Origin: Polyangiales bacterium
GTDB taxonomy: Bacteria > Myxococcota_A > Polyangia > Polyangiales > Polyangiaceae
Reading direction: 5' to 3'
Length of the DNA: 64,000 nucleotides
Assembly (NCBI GenBank): GCA_038231275.1
Contig: JBBRLQ010000008.1
Location: 64,001-128,000 of the forward strand
Shown here piece by piece: positions 44,070 to 57,100 of the stretch (the stretch's first letter is position 1; the number at the start of each line of letters is the position of its first letter). The notes below the pieces were generated by a model, which made no database searches, had not been told where the DNA came from, and worked only from the letters and a program-made list of their open reading frames with translations. The position numbers and the translations under genes were made by a program.

Positions 44070-45029
44070 ATGGACCTCGAGCGAATGCTCCGGATGTGCC
44101 GCGAGGGGCAGTGGAAGACGAGCGATCTGGACTGGTCGCACCCTCCGCGCGCCATGCCCGAGGACGACGAGATCGCGATCGTCCAGCTCTTCACCGACAT
44201 GGCCGGCATCGAGCGCCTCGCCGGCGCGCTCTTCGTGGAGCAGCACAGGCGCGCCACCGATCCCACCTTGCGCGAGATCTTCGCCACGTTCATCAAGGAC
44301 GAGGTGCGGCACGCGCAGACCGCGCAGCTCCTCGCCGACCACTACGACGTGCACCACTACAAGGTGTACCGAACGAGCGAGACGCTGGAGCGGGTCTTCC
44401 CCGCGTTCGTCGACGCGATCCGTTACCTCGCCGACGACGTCGCCAACGCGTACATCACGGCGGGCGAGCTGATCCTCGACGTCGCCCTCCTCCGCTCGGT
44501 CGACGACTACGTTCATGATCCGATGAGCGCGCAGGCGATGGCGCTCATCAACCGCGACGAGTCGCGGCACATCGCGATCGACTACTACATGGTCGAGCAC
44601 TACGCGTCGGACGAGTACAAAGCGCGGCGGCGTACCGTGCGGCGTCCGATGCGCGACGAGGCGCGCGCCTGGAGCGCCTTCGCGCGGCTCGTCTGGCTCG
44701 CGCGGCCGTTCTTCCGCGACGTCTTCTTCTTTCCGATGGAGCGCATCGACCCGTCCGGCAACCGGCTGCGCGAGGCGTTCAAGCGAATCCAGCTCCTCAC
44801 CGCCAAGCCCAAGGTCCAGGAGCTGCCGTTCGTGCGCTTCATGCAGACGATCCAGGATCTTCACAACAGCCGGTTCGCGGGGCCGCGGACGCGCTCGATA
44901 CTCGCCCGGATCTCTGGCGCCGAGCCGCGCTTTCTGGAGCAGCTCGCCACCGACGAAGAGATCGCGCGGGCGTGCGCCATGTCGTTCGACGCGCTCGCCG
45001 AGGAGGCGCTCGCGGCCAAGCGCGCCTGA
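44070..45029 (+). CDS. Ferritin-like diiron enzyme (AurF/desaturase-like)
   Basis: W..DLDW N-terminus; E...DEVRH...E...DESRH diiron ligands. Confidence 0.82.
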   Translation: MDLERMLRMCREGQWKTSDLDWSHPPRAMPEDDEIAIVQLFTDMAGIERLAGALFVEQHRRATDPTLREIFATFIKDEVRHAQTAQLLADHYDVHHYKVYRTSETLERVFPAFVDAIRYLADDVANAYITAGELILDVALLRSVDDYVHDPMSAQAMALINRDESRHIAIDYYMVEHYASDEYKARRRTVRRPMRDEARAWSAFARLVWLARPFFRDVFFFPMERIDPSGNRLREAFKRIQLLTAKPKVQELPFVRFMQTIQDLHNSRFAGPRTRSILARISGAEPRFLEQLATDEEIARACAMSFDALAEEALAAKRA

Positions 45030-45053
45030 CGCGCGCGTGATACGTTCTTGACG

Positions 45054-46417
<1,364 letters not shown>

Positions 46418-46421
<4 letters not shown>

Positions 46422-47755
46422 TGCGTGCGCGCGTCGTCGCCATCGCCTTCGGGTGCGCCGTCCTCGCCACGCTGGCGACCGCCGCGTGCCGGCTGACGAG
46501 CGGCCTGACCGGCGGCGAGGAGCCCGACGCCGGCGGCGGGACCGAGGCGGGCTGCGGCGCCGATCTCGCGCGCGCGATCGACAACTGCGGCGCCTGCGGG
46601 CACGCGTGCGCCGCCGGGCCCAACGCGTTCGCGGCGTGCGTCGATGGCGGCTGTGTCTTCTCGTGCGCCGGCGGGTTCGGCGACTGCGACGACGCCGGCG
46701 CGGCGACCGGTTGCGAGACGAACCTGCAGACGACGCGGAGCGGCTGCGGCAAATGCGGCCACGACTGCCAGGGCGGCAACTGCCAGGGCGGCAACTGTCA
46801 GCCCATCGTCCTCACGTCGGTCATCAACGCGCCGGTCCACATCGTGCTCGACGACTCCAACGTCTACGGCATCAACGCGTACGGAACGGTGACGCGCATC
46901 AGCAAGGGCGGCGGCACGCTGAGCCTCCTCGCGTCTGGAGACACGACGGCGCAGTCTCCGGCGCCGCGCATCACGCTCGGGAGCGGGGCCGTCTACTACA
47001 CGTCGTTCGGCGCGGCCGACGCCGGTGACGCCGCGGCTCCAGGCTCGATCTCGATGGTCCCCCTCGACGGCGGCAAGCCGCAGACGTTGACCTCGGCGAC
47101 GCAGCCCTACGCGATCGACGCCACGCAGAACTCCATCTACTGGTCCGAGGGCAACCCCGCGAATTCGCCGTACACGACGTCGATCAAGCGCTGCAAGCTC
47201 CCGGGCTGCAGCCCAATCAACACCGAGGTCGCGACGCAGCCCGGCCGCATCTTCTCGCTCGTCGCCGACGCCGCGAACCTCGTGTGGGCAAACGCCGGCA
47301 CACCGCCCAACACTCCCGAGAGCGCCGTGACGCGCTGCACGCCCGGAAGCTGCTCGGGCTCCTTCTTCCCGCTCGCGAGCACGCCGCCGTCGCCGTCCAG
47401 CCCCTTCGCGCTCGCGGTCGACAAGACCACCGTCTACTTCACCACCGCGTCGGGGTTCGTCGCGTCGTGCCCGTTCGCGGGGTGCAGCGGAGACGCCGCG
47501 CGCCTGGACTCGTTCCAGTTCACCCCCCGCTACATCGCGACCGACGGCAACACCGTCTATTGGACGAACGGCGATGGCACGATCAAGAGCGTCCCGCGCG
47601 GTGGCCCCCCGTCCTCCGAGCGCACCGTCTACCAGTCTCGGGGAGCCTCGCCGTGGGACATCGCGCTCGACCCAAACGCCATTTATTGGACCGACGTGAA
47701 CGGCGTCCAGGGCGGCCCCCCCGGAGCCTCCGCGCTGCTCAAGCTCGCCCGATGA
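46418..47755 (+). CDS. Lipoprotein with Cys-rich repeats and beta-propeller
   Basis: Lipobox TAAC; NCGACGHAC repeats; repeated D..VYW/YF blades. Confidence 0.8.
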
Positions 47756-47802
47756 CGCTGCTCGGCGTTTGAGAATCGCGCCCGCTGAACTACGCTTTGC
47801 CG

Positions 47803-49218
47803 GTGGCCGCCCCCACGATCCTCGGACGTTACGAGCTCCACGCGTCGATCGCGACGGGCGGAATGGCGAGCATCCATCTGGGGCGCGTGCGCGGCGCGGC
47901 GGGCTTCGAGCGTACGGTCGCCATCAAGCGGCTGCACCCGCAGTTCGCCAGTGACCCGCATTTCGTCGCGATGTTCATGGACGAGGCGCGCCTCGTCGCG
48001 CGCATTCGTCACCCCAACGTGGTGCCGATCCTCGACGTCGTGGCGGAGCAGAACGAGCTCTTTCTCGTCATGGAGTACGTGCACGGCGAGTCGCTCGCCG
48101 GCCTCGTGTTACCCCGCGGAGGTCTCGAAGGAGACCCGGTGCCGCCGGGGATCGCGGCGGCGATCTTCGTCGACGTGCTGCATGGCCTCCACGCCGCGCA
48201 CGAGGCGACGACGTCGGCAGGCGAGCGCCTTGGAATCGTGCACCGCGACGTGACCCCGCACAACGTGCTGGTGGGCGTCGACGGCGCGTCGCGCATTGCC
48301 GACTTCGGCATCGCGATGGCGACCGAGCGTGCGCAGAAGACCGCCGCGGGACAGGTGAAGGGCAAGCTGTCGTACATCGCGCCCGAGCAGCTGCAGGGGA
48401 CCGCGGTCGAGCGAACGACGGACGTGTACGCGGCGGCGGTGTCGCTCTGGGAGGCGCTCGCGGGATCGGTGCTCTTCTCGGGCGAGCACGAGGGGCGCAT
48501 CGTGGAGCGCGTCCTCGTCGGCGCGACGCGGGCGCCGAGCGCGCTCGCGCGAGGGATTCCGCACGCGCTCGACGAGGTCGTGATGCGCGGCCTTGAGATG
48601 CGACCGGCCAAGCGGTTCCAGACCGCGCGCGACATGGCGCTCGCGCTCGAGAAGAGCATCGCGCTTCCGCCGGCTTCGGAGGTTGGCCAGTGGGTCGCGA
48701 CGCGCGCGCAGGAGAAGCTCGCGAAGCGCGCCGCGGCGATCGAAGCGCTCGATCGCGCGCCCGATCTCGCGCCGATGCCGACGCCGGCCGGCATGTCGAC
48801 GCCTCCCGCGTCGGCGCTGGGCCCCGGCTCATGGCCACGCGGCGGGCATCAAGGACCGAGCCCGACGTCGACGCCGCCTCCGTTCGTGCCGCCGCCGATC
48901 GCGCCGTCGCCGGGGCGCGCGTGGGTCGCCGTGCTCGCGCTCCTCGTCGTGGCGTCGCTCGTCGGAGGTGGCGGCGTGTGGGCCCGCGCGCGTCGTGCGA
49001 GCGCGACGCCGCCGTTCCAGGATACCGCGCCCTCCTCCTCATGGGGCGACCTGGAGCCACCACCCGACACCTCCGCCGCGCCGCCGCCCACCGCCGCAAT
49101 TACGACGCCGAATCGACAGCCACGGCCCCCGCGCCCCGGCAAGGGGAGCGACGCTTGCAAGCCGCCCTACACGCGCGACAGCGAAGGTCGTAAGATCTAC
49201 AAACGCGAGTGTCTCTGA
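47803..49218 (+). CDS. Membrane Ser/Thr protein kinase
   Basis: GGMAS, AIK, HRDVTPHN, DFG, GKLSYIAPEQ; TM; C-terminal CKPPY..YKRECL. Confidence 0.92.
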   Translation: MAAPTILGRYELHASIATGGMASIHLGRVRGAAGFERTVAIKRLHPQFASDPHFVAMFMDEARLVARIRHPNVVPILDVVAEQNELFLVMEYVHGESLAGLVLPRGGLEGDPVPPGIAAAIFVDVLHGLHAAHEATTSAGERLGIVHRDVTPHNVLVGVDGASRIADFGIAMATERAQKTAAGQVKGKLSYIAPEQLQGTAVERTTDVYAAAVSLWEALAGSVLFSGEHEGRIVERVLVGATRAPSALARGIPHALDEVVMRGLEMRPAKRFQTARDMALALEKSIALPPASEVGQWVATRAQEKLAKRAAAIEALDRAPDLAPMPTPAGMSTPPASALGPGSWPRGGHQGPSPTSTPPPFVPPPIAPSPGRAWVAVLALLVVASLVGGGGVWARARRASATPPFQDTAPSSSWGDLEPPPDTSAAPPPTAAITTPNRQPRPPRPGKGSDACKPPYTRDSEGRKIYKRECL

Positions 49219-49235
49219 GGCACCGCGCCTCTTCA

Positions 49236-50120
49236 ATGCGCTCGAACGCCATCGTCCGGCTCGCCTCCCTCGCGCCCTTGCTCGCGATCGCGGCCTCCCT
49301 TGCGCTCGCGCCGCGTGCTGCGCGCGCGAGCGACAAGACGGAGTGCGCCGCGGCATCCGAAGATGCCCAACGCCTGCAGAAGCTCGGCAAGCTCGTCGAG
49401 GCGCAAAAGCAGCTGCTCATCTGCACGCGCAGCGTGTGTCCGGCGGTGGTTCGGCAGGACTGCGAAGCGTGGCTCCCGTCGCTCGAGGCGATGATCCCGT
49501 CCCTGGTCGTCGCGGCGCGCGACGAGGACGGCCACGATCTCGTCGACCTCAAGGTGACCCTCGACGGCGCGGTCGTCGACATCGCGTCCGGGCGCGCGGT
49601 GCCTCTCGATCCCGGCAAGCACACGCTGCACGTCGAGAGCCCCGGAAAAATCCCGGCCGATCAAGCCGTCGTCGTGCACGAGGGTGAGCGCGCGCGGCCG
49701 GTCACCATCACGCTCCTCGCGAAGGATCGGCCGGTGAAGCCCCCCCCGCCGCCGCCGGTGCCGCAGCAAGTCGTCGTCTACCAACAGGCGCCTGCGCCTC
49801 CGCAAACATCGCCGTTCGTGTGGGTGCTCGGAACGCTCGCCACGGTGTCGCTCGCGAGCTTCGTGGTCTTCGAGATCAAAGGGTCCACCGACGCGTCGCA
49901 CCTCAAGTCGACGTGCGCGCCACGGTGCCCGCAGTCGGAGGTGGACTCGGTGAGCACGCAGGGCGTCGTCGCGAACGTGTCGCTCGCCCTCGCAGGCGCG
50001 TTTGCAGGCGGCGCGCTCGCGGTGTGGATCCTGACGCGACCTTCGCCGTCCGCGCCGTCGAAGCCGACGGTCGGGCTCGTGGCAGGGCCGGGCGCGCTCG
50101 GCCTCCACGGGCGATTCTGA
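49236..50120 (+). CDS. Secreted helical/PEGA-like domain protein typical of myxobacterial kinase cassettes
   Basis: Signal peptide; C..CP..DC; VTLDG..LDPGKH; C-terminal hydrophobic hairpin ending GRF. Confidence 0.75.
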   Translation: MRSNAIVRLASLAPLLAIAASLALAPRAARASDKTECAAASEDAQRLQKLGKLVEAQKQLLICTRSVCPAVVRQDCEAWLPSLEAMIPSLVVAARDEDGHDLVDLKVTLDGAVVDIASGRAVPLDPGKHTLHVESPGKIPADQAVVVHEGERARPVTITLLAKDRPVKPPPPPPVPQQVVVYQQAPAPPQTSPFVWVLGTLATVSLASFVVFEIKGSTDASHLKSTCAPRCPQSEVDSVSTQGVVANVSLALAGAFAGGALAVWILTRPSPSAPSKPTVGLVAGPGALGLHGRF

Positions 50121-50128
50121 GGCGCCAC

Positions 50129-50938
50129 ATGCCGCGCCGCGCGCTCGTGATCGCGTGCGCGTCTGCGACCGTCCTCGTCGCATCGCGCACCGACGCCAAA
50201 AACCCGACGCCCGTCGACGGCCTCGGTGACGACGTGGTCGAGGCGTTCACGGGCGTCAACGTCTTCTATTACGCCGGGGCGGTGCTCACGACCGGCGCGA
50301 TGGCGCAGTCGGGCGTCGATCATTCGGTGCGCGTCGCGGTGCAGGGCCACCTCGCCGCTCCTGCCTACGGTGACGCGGCGTTCTACACCGGCTACCTCTT
50401 TCCCGCGATCGCGGCGCCATCGCTGTACCTCGTGAGCCTCGCGGTCGGAGACGAGCGATGGATCGGCGCGGGAAGCGCGGCGATCCAAGCCCTCGCGCTC
50501 ACGCTGGCGACGACAGGCCTCCTCAAGTGGTCCACAGGCCGCGCGTACCCGCTCAACGGCGGAGATCCGGCGGCGCCCGATCGGCTCGATCACCCTTCGT
50601 TCGCGCGCACGTTCACGCCCTTCCAAGGGGGCCTCCTCGCGTGGCCGTCCGGGCATACGTCGGCGACCGTCGGGCTCGTGGCAGCGCTGACGGCGTACGC
50701 GCCCGAGCACTTCGAGATTCCGCTCGTCGGCTACCCGCTCGCCGCGGCGATCGGCTTCGGAATGGTCGTCGGCGATCGCCACTGGGCGAGCGACGTCCTC
50801 GCCGGCGCGCTCATTGGTCAGGCGATCGGCGGCTCCGTCGGCGCGAGCTTCCGTGCGCGCGCGAACGGCGACCGGACGCCGCGCGTGCAGGTAGGTCCGC
50901 TCGGTCCGTCCACGCTCGGTGTCAGCGGCGTCTTCTGA
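50129..50938 (+). CDS. PAP2-family phosphatase
   Basis: K...GR.YP, PSGH, RHWASDV motifs. Confidence 0.85.
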   Translation: MPRRALVIACASATVLVASRTDAKNPTPVDGLGDDVVEAFTGVNVFYYAGAVLTTGAMAQSGVDHSVRVAVQGHLAAPAYGDAAFYTGYLFPAIAAPSLYLVSLAVGDERWIGAGSAAIQALALTLATTGLLKWSTGRAYPLNGGDPAAPDRLDHPSFARTFTPFQGGLLAWPSGHTSATVGLVAALTAYAPEHFEIPLVGYPLAAAIGFGMVVGDRHWASDVLAGALIGQAIGGSVGASFRARANGDRTPRVQVGPLGPSTLGVSGVF

Positions 50939-50957
50939 CGCGACCCCTTTCGGAGCC

Positions 50958-52169
50958 TCAGGGCTTGCTCCACGCCTCGAGGGCGGCGTGCTGCGCGTCG
51001 GTGAGCTTGAGGCCCGAGCTGGGCGGCGGCATCGCGGAGCTCGTGCCGGCCTGCTGGACGACGCGGGCGTAGACCTTCGCCTTCCTCGCGCTCCAGCCGG
51101 CGTACGTCGAGAGATCGGTCCCCGACGAGTCCTTCCCGGTGCCCGGCGCGCTGTGGCAATTGCTGCATACTGCATTGAAGACCGGCTGCACCGTCGCGGC
51201 CCAGTTGGCCTCGTCACCGCCGGCGCCTGTCTGCGCGGCGAACCGCTGGAGCTGTCCGCCGCTCTCGGCCCACACGTCGCCGCTCGGCGAGCCGGCGAGG
51301 CGCGCGTCCGTGGCGAGCGTGCCTCCGCTCCCGACCGCGACCTGTCCGCCCGCGTAGAGACCGAGATCGGCGTCGAGCGCGAACCACACGTTGGCGCCAG
51401 CGGCGGCGAGATCGTGGATCGTGCGCGCGCCGGCGTCGTAGAGCATCGTCACCGCGCCATTTTCCACCTTGTAGACCGCGTGATGGGTCGCCGCGAAGAG
51501 CGCCCCGCCGGCGTCGTACGCGACGAACGCGGCGTCGGCGAGGCCGAGATCGGTCTCCTTGTCGTGGTCGAAGAGGCGCAGGCCGCCGTCGACGGCGAGC
51601 GCCACGAAGCCGCCGTTGCTCGCCACCGAGTGGAGCCCCGCCGCTTGGTAGCGCGTGACGTTCTTTCCGTCGCTCACCGCGAAGCCGGCGTCGAAGAGGA
51701 ACGCGACGCGCCCCGCGTCCCCGACGACCGCTTGCACTTTGTCGGTCGCGACGCCGTACCGTTCGCCGACGTCCTCCGGCGGCCCGTCGGTGTGGACGCG
51801 CAGCACCTTGCCGTCGCCGGTGACGCCCACGATCCACGTCGTCAGCCCATCGGCCGACGGGATCGACGCCGCGGACTTCCAGGCCGTGACGCTGCCGTCC
51901 GACGCGACGAGCGATCCGCCGGTGAACACGAACAGACCCGCGGAGCCGAAGACGGCCACGCTCTTGTCTTGCTCGACGACCGCCTCCACCTTCCCGACGT
52001 CGGTGCCCGCGCTGTTCCAGACGACTGGCGCGACCGAGAGCGCGCCAGCGGGGGTCCCACCCGTGGCGGGGGCGTCGGTGTGCTTCGAGCTGCACCCTGC
52101 CAACTGAAGCGCGACGGCCAGGGCCGCGCCGAAGGTGACCGTCGTCGAGATCGTGTGTGCGCTTCGCAA
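50958..52169 (-). CDS. Lipoprotein with beta-propeller-like region and C-terminal monoheme cytochrome c
   Basis: GGAGG RBS with TTG start; lipobox LAGC; VQPVF..CSNCH..MPP..W. Confidence 0.8.
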   Translation of the reverse strand: MRSAHTISTTVTFGAALAVALQLAGCSSKHTDAPATGGTPAGALSVAPVVWNSAGTDVGKVEAVVEQDKSVAVFGSAGLFVFTGGSLVASDGSVTAWKSAASIPSADGLTTWIVGVTGDGKVLRVHTDGPPEDVGERYGVATDKVQAVVGDAGRVAFLFDAGFAVSDGKNVTRYQAAGLHSVASNGGFVALAVDGGLRLFDHDKETDLGLADAAFVAYDAGGALFAATHHAVYKVENGAVTMLYDAGARTIHDLAAAGANVWFALDADLGLYAGGQVAVGSGGTLATDARLAGSPSGDVWAESGGQLQRFAAQTGAGGDEANWAATVQPVFNAVCSNCHSAPGTGKDSSGTDLSTYAGWSARKAKVYARVVQQAGTSSAMPPPSSGLKLTDAQHAALEAWSKP

Positions 52170-52319
52170 GGTGTCCTCCGCGGTGTGCAAACTCTCTACG
52201 CACGGACCGGGCCAGGCCACGCTGCGGGGATTTCTACCCGAATTGCCCTGAAAATTTCCGTTCCAAACGGGACCTGGGTGAACGTCCTCCAGAGCCCCGT
52301 GGACCGCCGCAGTGGCGAG

Positions 52320-52351
52320 GGTTCGATCACACATGTGATCGAACCGATCAC
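52320..52351. promoter_or_regulatory. Palindromic operator-like site in a divergent intergenic region
   Basis: GGTTCGATCACA-CA-TGTGATCGAACC (12-bp arms) plus a third CGATCAC half-site. Confidence 0.55.
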
Positions 52352-52401
52352 GCCAACCTCGAGACGGGCAATCGGAAAAAAAGAGCGGTAGACTGGCGGG
52401 G

Positions 52402-52737
52402 ATGGGTGACAAGCGAGACCTCGTCGCCGAGATGGTCGAAGCTGAGCTCCTCGCGGAGCAGGAGCTCGCCAACCAGCGCCCAACGTCCCCGCCGAAGGAG
52501 ACCTTCGCACGGGTCGCGATCGCCGAGGAGGCGTCGCTCCCCGATCCGACGAAGGCAAAGAAGGAGCGGCCGCGCCGCATCGTCGAGCAGGTCGCGGCGA
52601 AGAACGACCCGCGCCGTGAGGAGAGCGAGCCGCCGTCCGCCCCCCACTCGGCTCCGCCCTCCTCTTCTTCCTCGGATCCGCATCGCGCGGTGACGAAGCC
52701 TCCGCCCCCCGGGTACGGGGGCGGCCAAACCGAGTAA
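52402..52737 (+). CDS. Small hypothetical, likely disordered protein
   Basis: ORF fills the gap with GC-rich third positions; no motif. Confidence 0.5.
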   Translation: MGDKRDLVAEMVEAELLAEQELANQRPTSPPKETFARVAIAEEASLPDPTKAKKERPRRIVEQVAAKNDPRREESEPPSAPHSAPPSSSSSDPHRAVTKPPPPGYGGGQTE

Positions 52738-52747
52738 CCTTCGGCGC

Positions 52748-53530
52748 GTGCACGCCGCGCCCGAGCCGGATGACCTGTCGACGGCGATCGCGACGTTCGT
52801 GACGTGGGCGCCGATCGTCCCGCTCGTCTTCCTCGTCTACTTCAGCGTTCGCCTGTGGACGCTCCTCTCGCCGATGCGACCGCTCGCGCGCGGTGACTAC
52901 GCGGCGGCGCGGCGCGGCTTCGAGAAGACGACGCGGTTTTGGCTCCCCAGCGCCGCGCGGGCGTCGCGCTACAACGTCGCCCTCTGCCTCGAGCTCGAGG
53001 GCCGGCTCGCCGAGGCCGAGGCCCGCGTGCGTGCGCTCCTCGCCGAGAAGCTCGACGAGCGCCTCACCTACGCGTCGCGCTCGCTGCTCGGCACCATCCT
53101 CGTCCTCCGCGAGCATGGGCTTGAAGAGGCGCGCGCGCTCCTCGACGCTGCGCAGGCGGACATCGCGACTCCCCTCGGAGCTCTCCTCCTGGCGCACGCG
53201 CACTACGGCCTCGGCGACAAGGGCGGCGCCGCGCAGCACGTCGCTTCCGCCATGACGATGGAGTCCGCGCCGAGCGTGCGCCTTGGCTGGAAGGCGTCGC
53301 TGCGCTTCGATCCCGAGCTCCAGCGCTCGATGGAGAGCTACTTCCGCGGCTGGTATTTCTACAAGGTGGGCGAGATGCAGCGCGCGCGGCTCGACTTCGA
53401 GCTCGCGTGCCGGAGCCCCCTCGTGCACGTTTGCACCGTGCGCGCCCGGACGCTGCTGACGAGCGCGAGCCGTCCGTCGTTCGACATCGAGGACGCCCCA
53501 TCGTCGCTGAGCCCCCACGAATTCCCGTGA
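52748..53530 (+). CDS. Membrane-anchored TPR-like protein
   Basis: N-terminal TM, TPR-like helices (YNVALCL..GR..EAE). Confidence 0.65.
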   Translation: MHAAPEPDDLSTAIATFVTWAPIVPLVFLVYFSVRLWTLLSPMRPLARGDYAAARRGFEKTTRFWLPSAARASRYNVALCLELEGRLAEAEARVRALLAEKLDERLTYASRSLLGTILVLREHGLEEARALLDAAQADIATPLGALLLAHAHYGLGDKGGAAQHVASAMTMESAPSVRLGWKASLRFDPELQRSMESYFRGWYFYKVGEMQRARLDFELACRSPLVHVCTVRARTLLTSASRPSFDIEDAPSSLSPHEFP

Positions 53531-53540
53531 CGCCTCAGGT

Positions 53541-54847
<1,307 letters not shown>

Positions 54848-54851
<4 letters not shown>

Positions 54852-55957
54852 GCGACGAACGCGCCCACCTCGTGCTCGCCGACGGCACGGTCTTTCCGGG
54901 CCGCCCGTTCGGCGCGCGCGGCGCCACGACCGGCGAGGCGGTCTTCACCACCACGATGCTGGGATATCAGGAGGTCCTCACGGATCCGTCCTACTGCGGC
55001 CAGATCGTGACGATGACCGCGCCCGAGATCGGCAACGTCGGCGTGAACGACGAGGACGTCGAGGCCACCGATGGCAAGCCCCGCGTCGCCGGCTTCGTCG
55101 TCCGCGATCTGTCGCCGGTCACCTCCAACTGGCGCGCGAAGGAGTCGCTCGACGCGTGGCTCACGCGCCACGGCATCGTCGGTATTTCCGAGATCGACAC
55201 CCGCAAGCTCACGCGTCACCTCCGCGATCACGGCTCGCAGAACGGCGCGATCGGCACCGAGCCGGTGGAGGCGCTGACGCGACGCGCTCGGGAGGCGCCC
55301 GACATGTCGGGGCTGGATCTCGTGAAGATCGTCACGCCGAAGCAGGCCTGCGCATGGACCGAGGGCCGAGGCGTATGGGCCACATCGCCGCCGCGCCCGC
55401 CGCGTCATCATGTCGTCGCCGTCGACTACGGCATCAAGCGCAACATCTTGCGGTGCCTCGTGGACACGGGCTGCAAGGTCACCGTCGTCCCCGCCACCAT
55501 GAGCGCCAAGGACATTCTCGGCCTCCAGCCCGACGGCGTGTTCCTCTCGAACGGCCCCGGCGATCCGGCGGCGGTCACCTACGCGGCGACGACGATCAAG
55601 GAGCTGCTCGGGAAGAAACCGCTCTTTGGAATCTGCCTCGGCCATCAGCTCCTCGCGCTCGCGCTCGGCGCGCGCACGTACAAGCTCAAGTTTGGCCACC
55701 GGGGCGCCAACCAGCCCGTGAAGGATCTCGCCAGCGGCAAGATCGAGATCACGACGCAGAACCACGGCTTCTGCGTCGACCTCGCCACGCTCCCGTCCGG
55801 CGTCGAGTCGACGCACGTTCACCTGAACGACGGGACGAGCGAAGGTTTGCGGGCCGCCTCCGTACAAGCCTTCAGCGTTCAGTACCACCCGGAAGCCGCC
55901 GCCGGCCCCCACGACTCGCTTTACCTATTCGATCGATTCATAGCGATGATGCAGTAA
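54848..55957 (+). CDS. carA: Carbamoyl-phosphate synthase small subunit
   Basis: GEAVFTT..GYQEVLTDPSY, LSNGPGDP, GICLGHQ, QNHGF, QYHPEA; ATGA overlap. Confidence 0.96.
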
Positions 55958-56072
55958 GTTCTGGCCGAATTCCTGCGGGCGTCGGCCCCTCGTTCCACCC
56001 TGGATCAAAGTATCTTACATTTCCCTTCAATGTGTCCTGGCAGCACACCCATCGCCTGCTAGAACGAGGTCC

Positions 56073-56960
56073 ATGCTTACGGCACGTGTCCGCACGTTCC
56101 TTCTCCTCGGTGTCGCGGCCCAGTTGGGCGCCGCTATCGTCGCCTGCGCGCCTGCCGTCAAGCCGAGGGCGCACGTCACGGCCGACGCGAGCGACTACAA
56201 CACCGACGATCCGGGCGACCCTGCGCTCCCCGATGCGCGGCCGCCGGACTACAACAACCCCGACTCCGACGCGTTCGGCGCCGGCGAGCGCGGCCGTGAC
56301 TCCTCGACGCCCGTTCCCGAGGGCGGCGGACGACCGAACACGAACGACGGCGGCATCGGCCCCCCGCCGGACGACGGCGGGCAGCCTCCGGAAGACGCAG
56401 GACCGAAGATGTGCGGGCCCCTCGCGGCCGGCGACCTCGCGATTGTCGAGTTCATGATCGCGTCGCAAGCCGGCTCCGGCGATCGCGGCGAGTGGGTCGA
56501 GATCCAGAGCACCAAGAGCGACTGCATCCTGAACCTCAAGGGATTGCACATCGAGTCGCCCCGCGGCGCCTCCACCCCCGACTCGGTCGACGTCACCGAC
56601 GACCTGATGCTCCCCGCCAACGGCACGATCCTCGTCGCCGACACGTCGATCACCGATCTCAACCACAACCTCCCGGGCGTGGTGCTCTCGTGGATCGCGA
56701 CAGACGCGCTCAAGAACGACGGCGACACGATCACAGTCAGCGCCGGCGGCACGACCATCGACACGATCACGTACGGCAGCTGGACGTCGCATGTTGGCCG
56801 CTCGGTCTCGTTCCCCGTCGACTGCGCCTGGAGCGTTCGCAGCGATTGGGCGCGCTGGAGCTGGTCGTTTCACCAGTGGCAAGCCGCGCCGCCCGGGGAC
56901 GCCGGCGTTCCAATGCTCGGTACGCCCAATGGCGACAATACCGATGTCGCGTGCTACTGA
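56073..56960 (+). CDS. Lamin-tail-domain lipoprotein
   Basis: Lipobox IVAC; IVEFM..GEWVEI..LKNDGD..GTP.GDN. Confidence 0.8.
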   Translation: MLTARVRTFLLLGVAAQLGAAIVACAPAVKPRAHVTADASDYNTDDPGDPALPDARPPDYNNPDSDAFGAGERGRDSSTPVPEGGGRPNTNDGGIGPPPDDGGQPPEDAGPKMCGPLAAGDLAIVEFMIASQAGSGDRGEWVEIQSTKSDCILNLKGLHIESPRGASTPDSVDVTDDLMLPANGTILVADTSITDLNHNLPGVVLSWIATDALKNDGDTITVSAGGTTIDTITYGSWTSHVGRSVSFPVDCAWSVRSDWARWSWSFHQWQAAPPGDAGVPMLGTPNGDNTDVACY

Positions 56961-57100
56961 CGCTGGGATTGAGTGGCGGTAGGGTCGGGCGGTTTTGTTT
57001 TTGTGGGACCTGCGGTCCCCTCCAACGCATGAGCGTTGGAGGCCTCCCCTGCCTCGCCTGCGGCGAAGCGTCGCGGAGCGACGCGGCTACGTGAGACGTT

